A stretch of 64,000 bases of DNA from Candidatus Saccharibacteria bacterium RIFCSPHIGHO2_12_FULL_41_12 (GTDB lineage: Bacteria; Patescibacteriota; Saccharimonadia; Saccharimonadales; 2-12-FULL-41-12): positions 66,608 through 130,607 of the forward strand of contig MGCQ01000007.1 in assembly GCA_001790445.1 (NCBI GenBank), in the 5' to 3' direction. Below the pieces are notes generated by a model. It worked only from the letters and a program-made list of their open reading frames with translations, ran no database searches and was not told where the DNA came from. A program made the position numbers and the translations under genes. Position 1 is the first letter of the stretch. Every line of letters starts with the position of its first letter. Positions 38,813 to 47,684 of the stretch are shown one piece after another.

Positions 38813-38951
38813 AAAGTATCAAGAGTGTAGAGAGGGATCTAGCCCGACGACCTACCAGCAACCCTTTCAGTTGGGTGCTAAATCTAGTCCTGCATGCAGG
38901 AAAGATATGAAGAACTCAAATCCTTTCTTGCAAACCCAGGAGGAAGGATAT
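38813..38951 (+). promoter_or_regulatory. SAM-I (S-box) riboswitch with SD-sequestering hairpin, controlling metK
   Basis: UAUCAAGAG...GAGGGA...GCCCGACGA...GCAACC...GGUGCUAAAUC...AAAGAUA matches the SAM-I core. ATCCTTTCTT (38920-38929) can pair with GAGGAAGGAT (38940-38949), covering the metK SD. Confidence 0.85.
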
Positions 38952-38955
38952 TTTT

Positions 38956-40065
38956 ATGCCAACAATAACAAAGAAAACCAGCGAATCTGTCTGTGCGGGG
39001 CACCCAGACAAGATCGCTGACCAAATCAGCGACGCCATAGTCGACGAGGTGCTTAAGCGTGACCCAAATGGTCGCACAGCCGTGGAGACTCTAGTTGCCA
39101 GAGACAGAGTAGTCCTAGCGGGGGAGGTCAATACAACTGCAAAGGTAGATTTTGTATCCGTAGCACGTGAGCAGATCAAAAGACTTGGTTACACAGATCC
39201 ATCGTGGGGCTTCTCTGATGAATCTGTAATAGATAATCATATCCACGCTCAATCACCAGAAATATCCGTCGGTGTCGATGATTTCGGAGCAGGCGATCAA
39301 GGCATAATCTACGGCTACGCTACTAACGAGACAGACAAATATTTGCCCACGCCGATAGCCATTGCCCACGACTTGACCAGAGCTATAGACACCGCCCGCG
39401 AATCTGGTGTAATGCCACATCTACGGCCAGACGGCAAAGCGCAGGTAGTGATCAAATATATTGATAACAAACCATCCAAAGTAGATCACGTGACTGTCGC
39501 CGTGCCACACGATCCGCGTCTGTCACTGGCCAAAATCCAAGAAGATTTACTCAAGCATGTGATTACACCAATCTTGGGGAAGTATGGTTTTAACGTGCCA
39601 AAAAACGGGTTAGTGGTCAATGGCACAGGTGTCTGGCATACCCCTGGCCCTAAAAGTGATGCGGGGCTGACCGGTCGCAAGATTGTGGTTGATGGCTATG
39701 GGGGATTAGCCCATGTTGGCGGTGGAGCCTTTAGTGGCAAAGACCCCAGCAAAGTCGACAGATCAGCAGCCTATGGTGCGCGTTATATTGCCAAAAACAT
39801 CGTTGCCAAAGGGCTGGCGGACGAAGTGGAGATAGGGCTGTCGTATTTTATCGGAGCCAAAGAGCCAGTGCAATTTTCTATTGATACATTTGGCACTAAC
39901 AAAGTTCCAACCGACAAAATCCGCGCATTTGCAGTCAAATTACTCAATCCATCAGTTAAAAACATCGTTGAAACCCTAGATCTCAAAAGACCAATTTATT
40001 TGCAAACCGCCTCCTACGGCCACTTTGGTAGAGAAGAATTTCCTTGGGAAGTAATAAAAAAATAG
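38956..40065 (+). CDS. metK: S-adenosylmethionine synthetase
   Basis: GHPDKIADQISDAI, GAGDQGI and GGGAFSGKDPSKVDRSAAY signatures. Confidence 0.97.
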   Translation: MPTITKKTSESVCAGHPDKIADQISDAIVDEVLKRDPNGRTAVETLVARDRVVLAGEVNTTAKVDFVSVAREQIKRLGYTDPSWGFSDESVIDNHIHAQSPEISVGVDDFGAGDQGIIYGYATNETDKYLPTPIAIAHDLTRAIDTARESGVMPHLRPDGKAQVVIKYIDNKPSKVDHVTVAVPHDPRLSLAKIQEDLLKHVITPILGKYGFNVPKNGLVVNGTGVWHTPGPKSDAGLTGRKIVVDGYGGLAHVGGGAFSGKDPSKVDRSAAYGARYIAKNIVAKGLADEVEIGLSYFIGAKEPVQFSIDTFGTNKVPTDKIRAFAVKLLNPSVKNIVETLDLKRPIYLQTASYGHFGREEFPWEVIKK

Positions 40066-40099
40066 CTTCTTTTCGTCGGCACTAAAGTGCCTTGCACGA

Positions 40100-40129
40100 C
40101 ATACTTTCTTGTGTTGACAAGAAAGTATG
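40100..40129. repeat. 13-bp perfect palindromic hairpin (copy 1), shared with 63972-64000
   Basis: CATACTTTCTTGT-gttg-ACAAGAAAGTATG. The same stems with a different loop (gcta) occur at the window end. Confidence 0.7.
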
Positions 40130-40191
40130 CAAAGAAACAACAGGCTGTTTGAAAAATACATATTAATCCAAACAAACCAAAAGCCCTGTTT

Positions 40192-40451
40192 TTCCGGGAC
40201 TCCCTCTGGTCGGGTCTAAAGACCTAGTCCTCAAAACAAGGAGCTTTTGTTCTGCTCGTCTCATCTGTTTTTCAAAGAGCCTGACCACAAGCAGTTAGGT
40301 CTTAATAATCTGTGTTTTCTGAAGAAAACACAGTAATAAAAGACTTTAGTCTGCTTATTAACCCCTCAACTAAAAACTCCTTGGAGTAGATAATTACAGA
40401 CAGATTATTCTGAGGACCAGGGCTTGTCCCCGACTGGAAGGAGTCCCGGAA
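40192..40451. other. about 260-nt extended imperfect hairpin (candidate structured RNA or MITE-like element)
   Basis: The arms at 40192-40232 and 40412-40451 are imperfect reverse complements (ttccgggactccctctggtcggg / cccgactggaaggagtcccggaa). A perfect 10-bp hairpin sits at the centre (40310-40333). AAGCAG/CTGCTT and GTCTT/AAGAC pair in between. Confidence 0.5.
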
Positions 40452-40794
40452 GAATAGTCTTGTCAGGAATTATCTGGTTCATGGATTGTTCTTTAGTTCC
40501 GGGGTGGCACTTTTTGCTTACTTTTTCTTGCTACTGAGAAAAAGTAAGGTGATAAAAAGCCTGGAAGGCTTTAGCGCAATGAAGTTATTTTCATAGATAA
40601 TATAGTGATTTCAAAGCCGAGGGCTTTAGTCTCAATTAAGCTGAATTGAGCATAAGCGTTTGACCAACAAACAATACTATGCTAATATATATGTAATTGT
40701 TTGATGAATCCATAGAATCTGTTACTAGTTTTTACTTAGGAATTGTCAAGGAACAACCAAGTAATACTAAATAATAGAATAGGATTCATTTTTT

Positions 40795-42039
40795 ATGTCC
40801 TCATATACTAATACTAATTCCAATAATAGATATCGTTCAGGTCCCAGTCGTCCAGGCTCAAGATCAAACTTTCGGTCAGGCTCTGGTGGTCGAAGCTTTT
40901 CGCGCCGACCAAATGGTGGCAACAAAAGACGCGGTCAATACATCGACCCAGCTCGATTCGTCAAGGCTGCCTGCCCAGTAGACGCAGACGAATACACTCC
41001 AACGCATACATTTCAAGATTTTAATGTCGCAGACAAGATCAAGCAAAACCTCAGCGCAATAGGTTACACCGTCCCAACACCAATTCAGGATCAGACTATT
41101 TCTATAGCTCTAACCGGTACCGATATTATCGGTATTGCAGATACTGGAACAGGCAAGACGGCAGCTTTTGCTGTGCCAATACTGTCACGACTACTAGCCA
41201 ATCCGCGTAGCAAGGCGTTGATTGTTGCCCCAACCCGTGAACTTGCCCAACAAATCGAGCAAGAATGCCAGAAAATCGGCAGAAACACCGGACTTTTCGG
41301 TGCAGTGCTGATCGGTGGATCATCTATGAGCTACCAACTGCGTGATCTCAAGCGAAACCCACGGATTGTTATTGGAACCCCAGGACGAATCGGTGACCAC
41401 GTAGAGCGTGGCACTCTTAAACTCCAGAATTTCGATATTGTAACTCTCGACGAGGTTGATAGAATGCTAGATATGGGGTTCATCAACGATGTTCGGGCGA
41501 TTCTCGACAAACTAGCTCCTCAAAGACAGTCATATTTCTTCTCTGCAACGCTTGATCCAAAAGTTAGAAGTCTTATCCAATCGTTCTCAAATGAACCACG
41601 GACAATTATGCTCAAAAACGCTCAGGCTAGCGAAAACGTCAACCAAAACGTCGTCAAATACAGCGGAAACTCAGAAAAAATGAACAAACTCCACGATATT
41701 TTAAATGACATTGAAGTCAAAAAGGTGATCGTTTTTGACGAAACACAGCGCGGCGTAGAACGACTAAGCAAAGATTTGGTCGCCAAAGGGTTTAAAGCTG
41801 ACAATATCCACGGCGGTAAGAGCCAGGGACAGCGTCAACGAGCTCTAGCTCGCTTTAAAAGAAGTGAATCAAAAATTTTGATCGCAACTGATGTGGCTGC
41901 CAGGGGTATTGACGTAAAAGATATCACTCACGTGATTAATTATTCTGTTCCTCAGTCATACGACGACTATGTGCACCGAGTTGGCCGAGCAGGCCGAATG
42001 GGTCGGGTTGGACACGCCCTAACATTTGTATCCCATTAA
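40795..42039 (+). CDS. DEAD-box ATP-dependent RNA helicase with N-terminal Arg/Ser/Gly-rich tail
   Basis: Q motif PTPIQ, I ADTGTGKT, Ia PTRELA, II DEVD, III SAT, VI HRVGRAGR. Confidence 0.93.
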   Translation: MSSYTNTNSNNRYRSGPSRPGSRSNFRSGSGGRSFSRRPNGGNKRRGQYIDPARFVKAACPVDADEYTPTHTFQDFNVADKIKQNLSAIGYTVPTPIQDQTISIALTGTDIIGIADTGTGKTAAFAVPILSRLLANPRSKALIVAPTRELAQQIEQECQKIGRNTGLFGAVLIGGSSMSYQLRDLKRNPRIVIGTPGRIGDHVERGTLKLQNFDIVTLDEVDRMLDMGFINDVRAILDKLAPQRQSYFFSATLDPKVRSLIQSFSNEPRTIMLKNAQASENVNQNVVKYSGNSEKMNKLHDILNDIEVKKVIVFDETQRGVERLSKDLVAKGFKADNIHGGKSQGQRQRALARFKRSESKILIATDVAARGIDVKDITHVINYSVPQSYDDYVHRVGRAGRMGRVGHALTFVSH

Positions 42040-42050
42040 CCATCACAACG

Positions 42051-42204
42051 CCTTGTCCTGCTTTCTGGCATAGCCAGAAACTCTGACAAGTCTCTTGGCA
42101 TAGAATAACTTTTTCTTCTGCGGTATTCACCTACACGGTACCATATGTACGGCTTGCTCCATTCCTCAAAGAGAAAAGTTATTCTATACTCAAGTGTGAA
42201 GGTT
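42051..42204 (+). repeat. about 150-bp structured intergenic repeat, copy 1 (after the helicase gene)
   Basis: Mostly identical to 47018-47169 outside a divergent centre, by manual alignment. Internal hairpins are TTCTGGC/GCCAGAA and a stem of about 20 bp (catagaataacttttt / aaaagttattctat). Confidence 0.8.
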
Positions 42205-42219
42205 AATATAAATAAGGGG

Positions 42220-42225
42220 TATAAT
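42220..42225 (+). promoter_or_regulatory. TATAAT -10 box 6 nt upstream of the esterase ATG (candidate leaderless transcript)
   Basis: gggTATAATgactggATG, with the ATG at 42232. Confidence 0.4.
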
Positions 42226-42231
42226 GACTGG

Positions 42232-42984
42232 ATGACGATAGTTTATAGAGATATTGAATATGGTTCCCACGAGAGGCAAAAACTGGATATTTATTTGCCC
42301 AAACATGTGCCAAAATCAACCATAATTTTTTGGCACGGTGGGTCGTGGCTGTCTGGCGACAAATCTAGTTATAATTTGTTTGCAAAATCTTTGACCAAAC
42401 TTGGCGTGGCTGTTGTGGCAACAAATTATCGACTGTTCCCAGACGCACGCTGGAATACCATTATTGAAGATGGAGCCAGAGCAACGGCCTGGGTCCAAAA
42501 TAACATCCAAGATTACGGCGTAGAAACTCAAAATATTATCGCCATGGGTCATTCAGCTGGTGCATACATCGCTGCAATGCTGGTTCTCGAAAAAACTTAT
42601 CTCAGCAAAGCAAAGGTAAAGAGTAACAATATAAAAGGCTTTATTGGGTTGTCTGGACCGTATGATTTTGACCCGCGCAAAAAACTAAGACCAATATTTG
42701 ACATAAAAGACAAGCTAAAGAAGTGGTTACCAATCAGTTATCCTGGGCAAATACATATTCCTGTTTTACTTTTGCATGGACGATTTGATAGATTTGTGCC
42801 TCCAAGGAACTCAAAGCGACTGGCCAAAGCACTTGAACAAAACGGCTGCAAAGTAGTACTCAAGATTTATCCGACTCTAGAGCACTTGATGATTTTACCC
42901 GCCGTAGTTCGAGGTTTTCGTTGGCTTGCACCCGTCCGTAGGGACATAAAGAGATTCCTAGTTGATAACAATCTGGTACAATAG
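42232..42984 (+). CDS. alpha/beta hydrolase (esterase/lipase)
   Basis: HGGSW oxyanion motif, GHSAG nucleophile elbow, and a C-terminal His in LEH. The track start at 42145 lies inside the intergenic repeat, so I prefer Met30 (42232). Confidence 0.8.
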   Translation: MTIVYRDIEYGSHERQKLDIYLPKHVPKSTIIFWHGGSWLSGDKSSYNLFAKSLTKLGVAVVATNYRLFPDARWNTIIEDGARATAWVQNNIQDYGVETQNIIAMGHSAGAYIAAMLVLEKTYLSKAKVKSNNIKGFIGLSGPYDFDPRKKLRPIFDIKDKLKKWLPISYPGQIHIPVLLLHGRFDRFVPPRNSKRLAKALEQNGCKVVLKIYPTLEHLMILPAVVRGFRWLAPVRRDIKRFLVDNNLVQ

Positions 42985-42989
42985 GGATT

Positions 42990-43916
42990 ATGATTACACA
43001 TTATTTCAGTGCTGCACGTTCCAGAAAAATGCAGATTCTTGATGCCAAAAAAGCTGGCAGTTGGTGTCACGCTGTCACGCCAACAGATTCAGATATAGAA
43101 TATCTTGCCGAAACTTTTGGACTGGATCGAAATATTTTGAACGATGCGACGGATATTTACGAAGCACCGCGTGTAGAAACGGATGAAAACGCTACATATG
43201 TTTTCACCAGATTTTGCCACCCAGATGGAGAAAATACATCTACGGAGCCACTTTTGGTTATTTACACAGATACTAATATTGTGACGGTTATGCGCACCCA
43301 GGACCAAGTGCTGGATAATTTGATCAACAATACGATCGATATTCTGACTACTCAAAAGACTAAGATTTTTCTGCATATCCTAGACGAGATCAACAAATCT
43401 TATCGTGGACAACTGAACTTGGTATCCAAGCAAATTCTCAAATTTCGATCTCAAATGAGACATACAGATATCAACAGTGAACAAATTCTCAAATTTATTG
43501 AACTAGAAGAAGATTTGTATGAATTTCTGTCTGCACTGCAACCGCAAGCGCTGGTTTTGACTGCGCTAGAAAGTGGCAAATACATGCAACTTTATGAAGA
43601 CGATCGTGACATGGTCGAGGACATCATGCTTAGCACCAGCGAGCTGATTGAACTGTCCAAATCCAGGGTCAGAACAGTTAGCAATATTAGGCAGGCCTAT
43701 GACGTTATTGCCACCAACAACCTTAACCGAACATTCCGTCGTTTGACTTCAATTGCTATTTTTATGGCCATTCCGACTGTTATTGGTGGACTTTGGGGGA
43801 TGAACGTCGCTGTTCCTTTCCACGCTTATCCGCACGCATTTAGTGTTGTCATGGTTATCATAGGCATTTCTGTACTTGGAGCTGTCGGAATTTTTCGTAG
43901 CAAAAGGTGGATCTAG
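42990..43916 (+). CDS. corA: CorA-family magnesium/cobalt transporter
   Basis: GMN motif (GLWGMNV) between two C-terminal TM helices, with a soluble N-domain. Confidence 0.85.
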   Translation: MITHYFSAARSRKMQILDAKKAGSWCHAVTPTDSDIEYLAETFGLDRNILNDATDIYEAPRVETDENATYVFTRFCHPDGENTSTEPLLVIYTDTNIVTVMRTQDQVLDNLINNTIDILTTQKTKIFLHILDEINKSYRGQLNLVSKQILKFRSQMRHTDINSEQILKFIELEEDLYEFLSALQPQALVLTALESGKYMQLYEDDRDMVEDIMLSTSELIELSKSRVRTVSNIRQAYDVIATNNLNRTFRRLTSIAIFMAIPTVIGGLWGMNVAVPFHAYPHAFSVVMVIIGISVLGAVGIFRSKRWI

Positions 43917-43938
43917 CATCCCAAGAATCTAGCAATTG

Positions 43939-43965
43939 TTGACTTGCTAATATATGCTGTATAAT
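43939..43965 (+). promoter_or_regulatory. candidate sigma70-type promoter (TTGACT-15 nt-TATAAT, TG-extended)
   Basis: TTGACTtgctaatatatgcTGTATAAT upstream of the 44003 gene, which has an AAAGGAGAG SD. Confidence 0.45.
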
Positions 43966-44002
43966 CGTAAGCGTTAACGATATTAAAAGGAGAGATAATT
44001 AT

Positions 44003-44293
44003 ATGTCAATAAACGAAAAAGGATTTGCCGCGGTAGGGGTTGCTCTGTTGTCGGTTGTGGTCATCGTTTTGGCTGGGTTGACGGTTTTTGTAGTCAAGCA
44101 AAATCATCAATCTATAGCCAACAATCAAGTTCAAACAGCAACTGCTCCAAAAGGAGTAGAAGGAATTACAAATAAGGGACTCGAGGAAGAACTAAAGATA
44201 GAAGATCAGCAGGCAACTAAAGATGCGAGTTCCGCAACAGATGAGATAAACGCGTCAGGAGATTTGGAGGGTGCATATGAAGGTTCTTTTTAG
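44003..44293 (+). CDS. small membrane-anchored protein
   Basis: 96 aa with an N-terminal TM (AAVGVALLSVVVIVLAGLTVFVV) and a good SD. Confidence 0.45.
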   Translation: MSINEKGFAAVGVALLSVVVIVLAGLTVFVVKQNHQSIANNQVQTATAPKGVEGITNKGLEEELKIEDQQATKDASSATDEINASGDLEGAYEGSF

Positions 44294-45098
44294 TCTAATA
44301 ATTACGATTTTCGCATTAACTTTGATCAGTCCAACGGCACTTGCTGTTCAAGGCAGTGGTGAGCAAGCTCAGCGCATAGAAGAGCAAAAAACGGCAAAAT
44401 TAGAGCAACAAAAAGCCAAGCAGGACGAGAAAAAGGCTCAAAACCAACTCAAGGTTTGTTCTTCAATAGATCAAACTGCTAGTAAAATTTCTGGAGAAAT
44501 TAACAAAAGAAACTCAAAATATTCTAAAAAAACAAACTCAAACACAGAGGAAAGAGCCAAAAAATCTGCAGAAAATCGAGCAGAGCTTGTTGCTAAGCGA
44601 GCCGAGTGGGACAAAAAGAGAGAAGCCAGCTTTACCGCCCTAAGGGCAAAGGCTACAACAGATGAGCAAAAACAAGCAGTAGAGGAATACGTCGCAACAG
44701 TAAAAGTTGCTATCCAGACTCGACGGGCAGCTAACGATGCAGCTTTTGCTGAATTTCACGCGGGTTTGAAAAGTTTGCTTGATTCATATCGGACCAATTA
44801 CCAGAACATGAATGATCAAAGCAAAGCAAAATTTGACCAAGCTGTGGCTCAAGCCAAGGCGGACTGTGCTGCCGGGGTTGATCCAAACACCGTCAAACAA
44901 AATCTAAAAAATCAGATAAAGTCCGTAAAGTCAGATATTAAGCAGTCCAAATTAGAAAATAAAAAAGCAGAAATCAATGCATTGGTAGAAAAGCGAAAAG
45001 CTGCAATAAAGGCTAATAACGAAGCATTCAAGGTCAGCATGAAGCAAGCCAGAGAAAAACTACTAGCTGTCGTACAACAAGCCAAACCAGAACTTTGA
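44271..45098 (+). CDS. secreted Lys/Ala/Glu-rich coiled-coil protein
   Basis: Signal-like N-terminus (LFSLIITIFALTLISPTALA) and low-complexity KAQ/EKK repeats. Confidence 0.5.
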   Translation: MHMKVLFSLIITIFALTLISPTALAVQGSGEQAQRIEEQKTAKLEQQKAKQDEKKAQNQLKVCSSIDQTASKISGEINKRNSKYSKKTNSNTEERAKKSAENRAELVAKRAEWDKKREASFTALRAKATTDEQKQAVEEYVATVKVAIQTRRAANDAAFAEFHAGLKSLLDSYRTNYQNMNDQSKAKFDQAVAQAKADCAAGVDPNTVKQNLKNQIKSVKSDIKQSKLENKKAEINALVEKRKAAIKANNEAFKVSMKQAREKLLAVVQQAKPEL

Positions 45099-45169
45099 TT
45101 GAAAAACATAAGTATTTATGTTAAAATAGGATAGAAATATTCATTAGTTAAGCCTGTAAGGAAGCAAGT

Positions 45170-46999
45170 ATGCGTGCCACTCAGGATCCATCAAAGATCC
45201 GTAATATTGCTGTTATTGCCCATGTCGATCATGGAAAGACTACATTAGTTGATGGTCTGCTTAAACAGAGCCAGACGTTTCGTGATAATCAGGCAGAAAT
45301 GAAGCAAGATTTGATCATGGATAGTGGTGATCAAGAAAAAGAGCGGGGGATCACCATCACCGCTAAAGTAACTGCTGTGCAACGCGGTGAACACAGAATA
45401 AATATCATTGATACTCCTGGACACGCTGATTTTAGCGGTGAAGTAGAGCGGACGCTTAATCTTGCAGATGGTTGTCTGCTGATTGTAGATGCTCAAGAAG
45501 GCCCAATGCCACAGACCAAATTTGTACTGGGCAAGGCCCTAGCTGCAGAGCTAAAGCCAATAGTTGTTATCAACAAAATTGACAAACCTGGATCAAGGAT
45601 CAAAGAAGTTGAAGACGAACTGGCCGATCTATTCCTAGAACTTGCCGTCCATGAAGATCAACTACATTACCCTGTTTACTACGGTGTTGGTAGAGAAGGC
45701 AAGGCCTGGAGCGAATTCCCAGAAGACCCAGACACAGACGCAGATTTATCTCCCATATTTGAAGCAATTGTTGATAAAGTCCCAGCACCAAAGGTAGAGC
45801 TCGACAAACCGTTTCAGATGTTAGTTACTGCACTGACGTGGGATAATTTCAAGGGAAAATATGCCATTGGCCGAATAACCAGAGGACGAATTAACGCAGG
45901 TGCGCCCGTTGCCCTTTGCAAAAAGGCCGGCACTGTTCAAAAAACAAAAGTTGATCAAGTATTCATGAGTCACGGTGTTAGTAAATTCGAAGTTCCAGAA
46001 GGCGTGGCTGGCGATATCGTCCAATTGACAGGAATTGCAGACGCACAAATTGGCGAGACTGTTGCGGACGTAGATAATCCAGATGCTCTGCCAGTAATTG
46101 AGGTAGAGGCACCAACTCTAAAAATATATCTGGGGCCAAATACCAGCCCGCTTAAAGGCACAGAAGGTGAATTTAACACGTCCAGACAGATCAAAAATCG
46201 ACTAGCCAAAGAGTTAGAAATTAACGTTGGTTTGCGGGTAGAGGACAGCGGGATTGGCTTTTTGGTATCCGGACGTGGTGAGTTGCACTTGAGCGTACTA
46301 ATAGAAACTATGCGACGTGAAGGCTATGAATTTGAAGTTGGACGTCCACAAGTTGTGACTATAGAAAAAGACGGGCTGACGCTGGAACCCATCGAAGAAG
46401 TTATTATAGAGGTACCAGCAGAGCATGTCGGTACAATTCAGATGGAATTCGGCTCACGCAGAGCAACTTTTAAAGAACAATTTACCAATGTAAACGGCGT
46501 CACAAAATTGATTTATGATATTCCCACGCGGGCTCTTTTGGGTGCCAAAGGAATTTTGCTGACCAATACAAAGGGGACGATCATCATGCATACTCTTGCG
46601 GCCGGACATCAACCGCTTGGGCAGCAACTGCAACAGCTCAGAAGTGGTGTATTGATCGCCCACGAGGCAGGCACAACTACCCCTTACGCATTGCAAAATG
46701 TTGAAGCTCGCGGAGTATGTTTTGTTGGTGCGGGAGTTACAGTTTACGGCGGTCAGATAATCGGGCTCAACACTCGATCTGATGATATGGAAATTAACGT
46801 TTGCAGAGAAAAGCAATTGACTAATATGCGTAGTAGCAGTAGTGACGGTGTGGTTCAGCTAACTCCACCTGTGGTGTTTAGTCTGGAAGAGTGTCTGGAT
46901 TTTCTAGAAAACGACGAATTGCTAGAAGTCACTCCAAAGAATCTACGGTTACGCAAAAAAATTCTTGACCACAACCTCCGCAAACGCGCCAACAAGTAA
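45170..46999 (+). CDS. typA: translational GTPase TypA/BipA
   Basis: G1 AHVDHGKTT, G3 DTPGHADF, G4 NKIDK. 609 aa, with a BipA-type C-terminus. Confidence 0.95.
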   Translation: MRATQDPSKIRNIAVIAHVDHGKTTLVDGLLKQSQTFRDNQAEMKQDLIMDSGDQEKERGITITAKVTAVQRGEHRINIIDTPGHADFSGEVERTLNLADGCLLIVDAQEGPMPQTKFVLGKALAAELKPIVVINKIDKPGSRIKEVEDELADLFLELAVHEDQLHYPVYYGVGREGKAWSEFPEDPDTDADLSPIFEAIVDKVPAPKVELDKPFQMLVTALTWDNFKGKYAIGRITRGRINAGAPVALCKKAGTVQKTKVDQVFMSHGVSKFEVPEGVAGDIVQLTGIADAQIGETVADVDNPDALPVIEVEAPTLKIYLGPNTSPLKGTEGEFNTSRQIKNRLAKELEINVGLRVEDSGIGFLVSGRGELHLSVLIETMRREGYEFEVGRPQVVTIEKDGLTLEPIEEVIIEVPAEHVGTIQMEFGSRRATFKEQFTNVNGVTKLIYDIPTRALLGAKGILLTNTKGTIIMHTLAAGHQPLGQQLQQLRSGVLIAHEAGTTTPYALQNVEARGVCFVGAGVTVYGGQIIGLNTRSDDMEINVCREKQLTNMRSSSSDGVVQLTPPVVFSLEECLDFLENDELLEVTPKNLRLRKKILDHNLRKRANK

Positions 47000-47017
47000 C
47001 CCAAAATCTCCACACCA

Positions 47018-47169
47018 CCTTGCCTGACTTCTGGCAGAGCCAGAAACTCTGACAAGGCTCTTGGCATACAATAACTTTTTCTTCTGCGGTATTCACTTCA
47101 CCGTATTGTAGATACGGCTTGCTCCATTCCTCAAAGAGAAAAGCTATTCTATGCTCAAGTGTGAAGGTT
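47018..47169 (+). repeat. about 150-bp structured intergenic repeat, copy 2 (after typA)
   Basis: See 42051-42204. Same orientation, and it begins 19 nt after the typA stop. Confidence 0.8.
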
Positions 47170-47192
47170 GTGTAGTCGCAGGACTTAGAGCC

Positions 47193-47618
47193 CTAGGATA
47201 TTTTATTGCAATTTCTGCATATGCCTTCGAGTTCGAAGTTGTGGCTTGTTATCTCAACTTCAAATTCTTTGCCTAGTTTATCGATGTATTCGTCGATAAA
47301 CTTCGGTTCTTCAAATCCGAAAGTCTTGCCACATTTTGTACAGTAAACATGGTGGTGGTGAGGTTGGAAGATTTCACCAAGTTCAATTTTATATTTGAAC
47401 CCAACATAAACTTTTTTAACTATCTCAAGCTTTTCGAACAAGTCAATCGTACGGTAGACGCTGGCACGGTCAATCATATTGCCAAGTGGTAGGGTGATCT
47501 CCTGTATAGAGAGCGGTTCTTTGCTATTACCGAGCAGTTCAAATACAAGTCTTCTTGGTCTAGTAAGGCTTAGCTGATTCTTCTTTAATAGTTTTAACAG
47601 ATTGGATGTATTTGTCAT
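47193..47618 (-). CDS. Fur-family metalloregulator (Zur-like)
   Basis: wHTH N-domain, HHHHVYCTKCGK and CRNC metal-site motifs. Divergent from a ZIP transporter gene. Confidence 0.85.
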   Translation of the reverse strand: MTNTSNLLKLLKKNQLSLTRPRRLVFELLGNSKEPLSIQEITLPLGNMIDRASVYRTIDLFEKLEIVKKVYVGFKYKIELGEIFQPHHHHVYCTKCGKTFGFEEPKFIDEYIDKLGKEFEVEITSHNFELEGICRNCNKIS

Positions 47619-47637
47619 ATTGCAATAATTATATCAA

Positions 47638-47656
47638 ATTGCGACAAATTTGCAAT
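47638..47656. promoter_or_regulatory. candidate Fur/Zur operator (19-bp ATTGC-N9-GCAAT palindrome)
   Basis: ATTGCGACAAATTTGCAAT in the 66-bp divergent zur/ZIP intergenic region. A second ATTGCAAT palindrome lies at 47619-47626. Confidence 0.3.
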
Positions 47657-47684
47657 AAACATATTTAATAATTATGATGTTGAT

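Noticed and set aside
40190-40460. RNase P RNA or SRP RNA: GGAAGGAGTCCCGGAAG vaguely resembles GAGGAAAGUCCGGGC (RNase P CR-I) or the SRP GGAA tetraloop region.
   Set aside because: The other universally conserved RNase P blocks (for example ACAGAA.CCGGCUUA) and the SRP domain IV loops are absent. The motif is simply one arm of a long inverted repeat.
42145-42231. N-terminal 29-codon extension of the esterase ORF (MYGLLHSSKRKVILY...).
   Set aside because: The extension is encoded by the intergenic repeat that also occurs after typA, where it is non-coding. A TATAAT-N6-ATG start at 42232 fits better.
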